Program-made: the position numbers and the translations under genes
Assembly: GCA_964016885.1 (NCBI GenBank)
Contig: OZ024742.1
Span: 171,678,001-171,742,000, forward strand
Direction of reading: 5' to 3'
Origin: Eledone cirrhosa
Lineage: Eukaryota
Length of the DNA stretch: 64,000 bases
Part shown: piece by piece, positions 57,905-64,000 of the stretch
How positions within the stretch are numbered: the first letter of the stretch is position 1
How the letters are laid out: each line of letters opens with the position of its first letter
Notes under the pieces: model-generated
What the model was told of the DNA's origin: nothing
What the model saw: only the letters and a program-made list of their open reading frames with translations
Databases searched by the model: none

Positions 57905-59525
57905 TGTTGTTATTATTCTTCAGCCTCAGATATTCAGGACGTATCGGAGGGTTCTTGCTGTTCCCAGCAAGCATGCTTTTTGAAGTGTTCCAAAAAGCGG
58001 GGCTGGACTAATATTTTTAACCATCCTTGGAAATTCTTTGAGATAGTACCTAGTGCGCCTATGACGACCTTGACTTCGTGGCAGTTCCAAATCCATTTTA
58101 CCATCCCACTTTAAGTCCTGGTATCGATCAACTGTCTCCCTCTCCCTTTGTTGCAGTCTCGTGTCAAATGGGTAGGCTACATCTACAATCGGGCACGATC
58201 TTTTTTCCTCGTCCAAAACCAACAGGTCAGGTCTATGGTGTTCTAATTTCTTGTCCGTCTGTATCCTAAAATCCCATAGCACCTTCACCTGATCGTTTTC
58301 TATCACCGACTCTGGCTTATGCCCATACCACTTCTCAGAATGTGGTAAATTGTTTAGTTTGCATAGATTCCAGTGGTTCACTCTTCCTATCACATCATGC
58401 CTCCAGCCTTTATAGTGAGTCTGGGCTAGGTGTTTATACTCGGATACAATGTGAGCCACAGTCTCCTCTCTCCCTCTCCACAGATCCTACACAGTGGGAT
58501 AGCCTCCTCCTTGTAAATATGGTGTTTCACCCACTTCGTTCTGAAGGCCTCCTCTTGCGCAGCCATTAGCATTCCTTCTGTAGCCTTTTTAAGGTCTCCT
58601 CTTTTTAACCAGTTCCATGTCTGTGGATCTCTAAATTCAGTTTTCTTGAAGAAGGTACTATGAAGGGATTTTTCATGAAGGTTGCTCTCCTCCTTGTTGT
58701 TATTTCCTCCTTGGACATCCCCTGGTCTATTGTCTTCTCGTTCAGTACAATTTTGAGCATTGGCTCCCTACTGTCAGTCACGTATTTGTGTAGGCTGTTT
58801 TTCTCCATCTGAACACAGTCCTCTATGCTGATAAGACCTCTTCCACCTTCAGATCTCTTTATGTAGGGTCTATCGACATCACTCCACTTGTGGAACATGG
58901 TGTAGATAGTCAATAGCTTCCTAGTCTTCCTATCCATTTCTTTTTGTTCAGCAATATTTTCAGAATTTCCGCACTGTACCTAATAATAGACACATCTCGG
59001 GAATTAAGTGCACTTATGACATTCCTACTATGTGATTTTAATACGCTCCTTACTCTCCTAATGTACTCAGATCTTATCAATTCCTTCATTGTTTTGTTCT
59101 TGATGTCATCTGCATCCAGAACATTTAAATATTTGAATCCTTCTTCAGTGTCAATTTCCTTTATCATCTCACCTCTTGGTACCTGGATTCCGTTGCTTCT
59201 GCTCAATTTACCCCTATTCATCACTAGGACTCCACACTTATTAATACCAAATTCCATACATATATCATTGCTGAAAATACGGACAGTGTCAACTAGTACA
59301 TCGAACTCCTTCTCACTCTTCCCAAAGAGTTTAAGTTCGTCCATGAAGAGGAGGTGTTTGCTGGTAAGCTGTCCCTTTCCCAACTTGTATCCTGTTCTCA
59401 CTTTGCGCAATATAATTGTCAGGGTATCAGGGCAAGGACAAACAGCAGAGGGGACAAACTATATCCCTGGAAGATACCTCTCTTGATCTTAACGCCTCCC
59501 AAGGATTCTCCACCCGATATTAACT
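57905..59525 (-). pseudogene. R4/Dong-type LINE, RT C-half + zinc knuckle + RLE, frameshifted
   Basis: RGIFQGYSLSPLLF, HLLFMDELKL, FGINKC, GGRGL, WRHD, RPDL, LQKACLLGTARTLR. Confidence 0.9.
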
Positions 59526-59527
59526 CT

Positions 59528-59713
59528 GGCGGTGGATTGGCAGTATCGGTAGAGAGTCGGACACCATGCTTTGAAGCATGGAGTTACGTCCCTTTATGAT
59601 CCGAGTTCAAATGCCGCCGAGGTTAACTTTGCCTTTCATCCTTACGGGGTCGATAAAATAAAGTACCAGTAATGTACTGGGTAATTGCTGGCCTTGTGCC
59701 TAAAATAGAAACA

Positions 59714-59782
<69 letters not shown>

Positions 59783-59976
59783 TATATAAGGGCTGTGGAT
59801 TGGCAGTATCGGTAGAGGGTCGGACGCCCTGCTTTGCAGAACAGTTACGTCCCTTTACGGATTGACTTCAAATCTCCTCGAGGTAAACTTTGCCGTTCAT
59901 CCTTACGGGGTCGAAAAATAAAGTACCAGTAATATACTGGGATAATTGCTGGCCTTGTGCCAAAAGTAGAAACAAT

Positions 59977-59980
<4 letters not shown>
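59528..59980 (+). mobile_element. Two S1 SINEs; the first has an expanded (ATT)n tail
   Basis: Copies at 59528-59720 and about 59791-59980; (ATT)n to about 59773. Confidence 0.92.
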
Positions 59981-60041
<61 letters not shown>

Positions 60042-60044
<3 letters not shown>

Positions 60045-60547
60045 AAGGCATGTATTGAGTTAAAAACGCAAAATAGTCTCATTACAGTAGATTAGCTCCA
60101 AGAAAGAGGTTTTTTCCGAGCCGTATAGTATAACTGAACAAAAAAGAAAAAAAACGAACACAGACATATACATATATGTGTTCAAATCGTAATGAACCAG
60201 AATCGCTAAGGTGCAAAAAATACTAACTACAGGCAATAGGGTTTGCCAGAATCAATTTAAGAATAAATCAAGGAAAATAAATACAAACCATAATAGGAGT
60301 AACAATTCGGCTCCGTTAATTCGTTAACTTTCGGCTCCGTTAATTCGTTGAGCTAATTCAAATGTCGAGTAAACTCGGCTGCTATTTTTAGTGGCGAGAG
60401 TGTGCGAGACACGCTAAGTTTGGGAACCATGTGCGTTACCATATACACACACTATCCAATTTTTTCACCTTAGCGATTCTGGTCCATTACGATTTGAACA
60501 CTTATAGGTATATGTCTGTGTTCGTTTTTCTTTCTTGTTCAGTTATA
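60042..60547. mobile_element. Fold-back insert
   Basis: Arms 60129-60221 / 60459-60547; tail with GCTC/GAGC stem (60095-60121). Confidence 0.75.
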
Positions 60548-60580
<33 letters not shown>

Positions 60581-60587
<7 letters not shown>

Positions 60588-61007
60588 AGAAGCAAAAAAT
60601 TGCTTATTGTGATCCAGTTTTTGGTTAAGAAAGCCAGTTTCATGGATGGTTTCAACGTACGGTTAGGGGTAACTCCACAAGTTTGTAAGGATTCCGTTCA
60701 ATCTTGGAGTATAAAGTATAAAAGAGAAAACACAGGTAAGCATTAAGAGAAGGATTTTATCCAAGTATTTACGACCGTTTCATTGGTAAGTGCAACCTTA
60801 TATTGCTATACTGCAAATAGCAGCCACTCAATTATAATTGTTGTTCACAGTCCAAATTTTCAAAATATTTTGAAAATTTGGACTGTGAACAACAATAATA
60901 ATTGAGTGGCTGCTATTTGCAGTATAGCAATATAAGGTTGCACTTACCAATGAAACGGTCGTAAATACCTGGATAAAATCCTTCTCTTAATGCTTACTTG
61001 TGTTTTC

Positions 61008-61016
<9 letters not shown>
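60581..61016. mobile_element. Spacer-less 300-bp palindrome with unpaired tail
   Basis: Arms 60717-60866 / 60867-61016; GAAAC-GGTC-GTA 60952-60963; ACTCCA/TGGAGT stem 60672-60710. Confidence 0.88.
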
Positions 61017-61053
<37 letters not shown>

Positions 61054-61537
61054 TGTATATATATATATAGTTGCTGCAACTCGATTTCGAGTAATGCCAC
61101 TGCTTGATACTTAAACATGAGCATCACGGATGTGGCTCGTTAGTCCTGCTAGGGACTTCCCTATGGCCAGCAATACCATGCAACGCAAAACGATGTCCCA
61201 TATCAAGCGATACCTAGAGACCTAGAGAGATGTCTTAATGAAGACTAGTAGTCTCCTGTGCAAACGAAAAAAAAATTTAAATCTTTTATTTTTTATATAT
61301 ACATAAATGTAAATATATATTTACATATATTTAAGTATATTTACGCACACACACACGCACACATACACACACACGCACACATACACACATACACACACAC
61401 ATATATACATTCGATTCGTTTGCAATTATGCAAAAAGCCTCTTTAAGCCATGTAAGTAGAATGACACAGTTATTCCTACTCTTGTGCTGGCATATAAACA
61501 GAACGGCTGACACTAATGTTTCTGGCTGATTCTACTG

Positions 61538-61683
61538 TCATGCTTTGCAGCAAAGAGTTACGGCCCTTTATGGTTTGAGTTCAAATCCCGCCGAGGTTAA
61601 CTTTGACTTTCATCCTTACGGGGTCGATAAAATAAAGTACCAGTAATGTGCTGGCCTTGTGCCATAAGTAGAAACAATTATTA
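61538..61683 (+). mobile_element. 5'-truncated S1 SINE
   Basis: B box, core and AGAAACAATTATT tail. Confidence 0.85.
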
Positions 61684-61770
61684 ATATTCGAAAAGCTCAG
61701 ATGTACATTTCTTGTATTCAATCATGTAGAGCGATAAAACCGTTTGTTGTATACAAATATATATACTTTA

Positions 61771-61818
<48 letters not shown>

Positions 61819-62226
61819 TTGCTGCAGCACCTGCTGGAACATTATCATCAACAACCAACAATTTAAAACGAAAATAAAAAAAAAACAACTGCATAAACAA
61901 AGAGAAAAATAGAAATATAGAAGAAGAAGTCTTCCACCACCGTCCTGCAGGAAACCAGATAAGGGTATCCAGCAAATACCAGATGTCTGCTATCATTCAT
62001 TCTTCGAATGATTTCCCTCTAATTCCACGCTATTTGAAACTATGCCACCAAATACGATAATTGTAGACAACGAGGCTTTTCTCTGTCTGCTCCGAAAGAT
62101 TAGTTGCAGTGTTTTGATAAAACAATATATGATTTATTTAGTAAAAGAAATTTACACGCGATATATATGGACGTGTGACTGTGTCTGCTAGCGTGTATCT
62201 GAGTTTATCTCTCCCTCTCTCTATCG

Positions 62227-62270
<44 letters not shown>

Positions 62271-62279
62271 GTAGCTGAT

Positions 62280-62430
62280 TGTATGTATGTATGTATGTAT
62301 GTATGTATGTATGTATGTATGTATGTATGTATGTATGTATGTATGTATGTATGCATGCATGCATGCATGCATGCATGCATGTATGTATGTATGTATGTAT
62401 GTATGTATGTATGTATGTATGTATGTATGC
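62280..62430. repeat. (TATG)n/(CATG)n tetranucleotide microsatellite
   Basis: Directly visible. Confidence 0.95.
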
Positions 62431-62595
62431 ATTCATGTATGGGTGTGTGTGTGTATGTATTTATGTGTATGCAAAACTAAATATATCTATATGAAAACAA
62501 AGGTTAAAGTGTGAGACATGTGGTTTTGCAGACTATGATCAGGTTCTATATGTTTGTTTCTGAGTCTTTCACTCCTCTTTCTCTCTCTCCCTTCT

Positions 62596-62664
<69 letters not shown>

Positions 62665-63019
62665 GTTCTTATATCTATGAAATCATCATCATACTTCGTA
62701 ATTTGACCAAAGACGTCAACAAGCCTTAGCTTTGATTCTTTTCTACCAAACCCGGAAGCGTTTGGCGTGTTAATTTCAAACATATCATTAGTTTTCCTCG
62801 ATATTCAGAATTTGGTGACATGGTTCACATATATAGGATGACTAACAAAAAAAAAAATGGCCCCGCGAACATTTTGTGTCTCTGTATATACATTTTATAA
62901 GCAATCAACCTTAAAGTTAAGTACATGGTAGATGCTGCGTCTGCAAAACCTGGGGAACCCCAATAGGAGCAGATCCAGGAAAACATTTCATGTTTTTTTG
63001 CAACGGAAAAATATCCCTT

Positions 63020-63882
63020 CAAAGCTAATATATAAAACTGGTGAAGACATTTGAGTTCTATGTAACAATGGAGAACATTCATCTAAACGACCCAGGAGGC
63101 GTACTCGGATAGTTATTGACATGAACGAGAGTCTGTTCAACAGAGCCCACACCGATCACCGCACAGAAGCCAATCCTTGTGTCTCTCCAGAGAAACTTGC
63201 AGAAGGGCTGTTAAAGTGGATCTTAAGAAGTAACCATACAGAATAAAGACTAATCAAAAGCTTATTGTAGCTGATATGACCAAGAGAAAGGCTATGGATG
63301 AGAACTTGCTGGAGAAGATATCAGACAACCCAAATTTTCTGAATCTGCTGTGGACCACCGATGCAGCACACTTTCACTTAGAATAGGGGATCACCATCTC
63401 TAAAGCTAATGTGTTTCGTGAGTCAGAGATACACACTGAACTGGCTGGGAAACCCCTTGCGTACATGTACGGTTATTGGAAGCTGTGTGATCAGTTCGAA
63501 GACATTTTGTGTAGTCCTCACATAGCCATGATTTAAGCCACACAGACATCTTTCTTTTGGACTTTGTGCAGAATAGGGTATATGCTAACACGCCCAGAAT
63601 TATCACTAAACTATAAGAAAACATCAGGGAGGAGATCAGAGCCATTCCTAGGTCTGTTTGTAAAGACATCCTAAACTTCACTGTGCGCCTCAAAGAATGC
63701 ATGGATTCAAATGAGAATAACCTGGAACATCTGCGGTAACTTTGGTCAGAAACATCAAAAGATAATGAGTTCTATTGTTTTTAATTTTTTGAACTAAAAT
63801 TCAGGGTTTCATCAGTTTGGGCCAAAGACATGAATACTGTAGGAGAACATAAAATGGGGCCAGTTTTTGTTGAGTCACCCTG
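63020..63882 (+). pseudogene. Decayed Tc1/mariner transposon with right TIR
   Basis: WTTDAAHFHL (FSDEAHFHL-like), SHDLSHTDIF..RVYANTP, RLKECMDSNENNLEHL; end GAGTCACCCTG followed by TA. Confidence 0.75.
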
Positions 63883-64000
63883 TATATATGTATGAATATA
63901 CATAATGGTATATTTGATTACTGCATGGGGAAAATATTTGTGTGATGTGTAGAACAGCTGCTCTACAGGCTGATATACACAACGGTAGAAATGGGACTTC

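Noticed and set aside
61816-62110. Possible solo LTR starting TGTTG
   Set aside because: No matching second LTR, TSD, PBS or PPT identified.

Overview
AT-rich eukaryotic DNA saturated with (TA)n, (TG)n and (GA)n microsatellites and transposable elements. The SINE families and microsatellite load suggest an octopod cephalopod, but this is inference from sequence resemblance only. No host gene could be supported; most ORFs in the track are microsatellite or antisense artefacts. Recognisable coding remnants are two Penelope-like elements (PLE; RT + GIY-YIG), a decayed CR1-group LINE (APE + RT, CCCH finger upstream), three stacked R4/Dong-type RLE LINE pieces, two Tc1/mariner fossils and RTE fragments. 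There is also a hAT non-autonomous element with an 8-bp TSD and many tRNA-derived SINEs. The most striking unexplained structure is about 18 fold-back (inverted-repeat) inserts of 0.1-3.7 kb, roughly 9 kb of paired arms by hand count. Most sit in (TA)n with both 3' ends pointing outward, and many carry minimal hammerhead-ribozyme cores with palindromic stem III. They share a fixed asymmetry: one arm stops a few nt short of a co-varying RCTC...GAGY stem that is present only on the other side. A second pattern is a SINE that repeatedly inserts at ATTATT-starting sites, including its own tail, building head-to-tail stacks. Coordinates were read by eye and may be off by a few bases.
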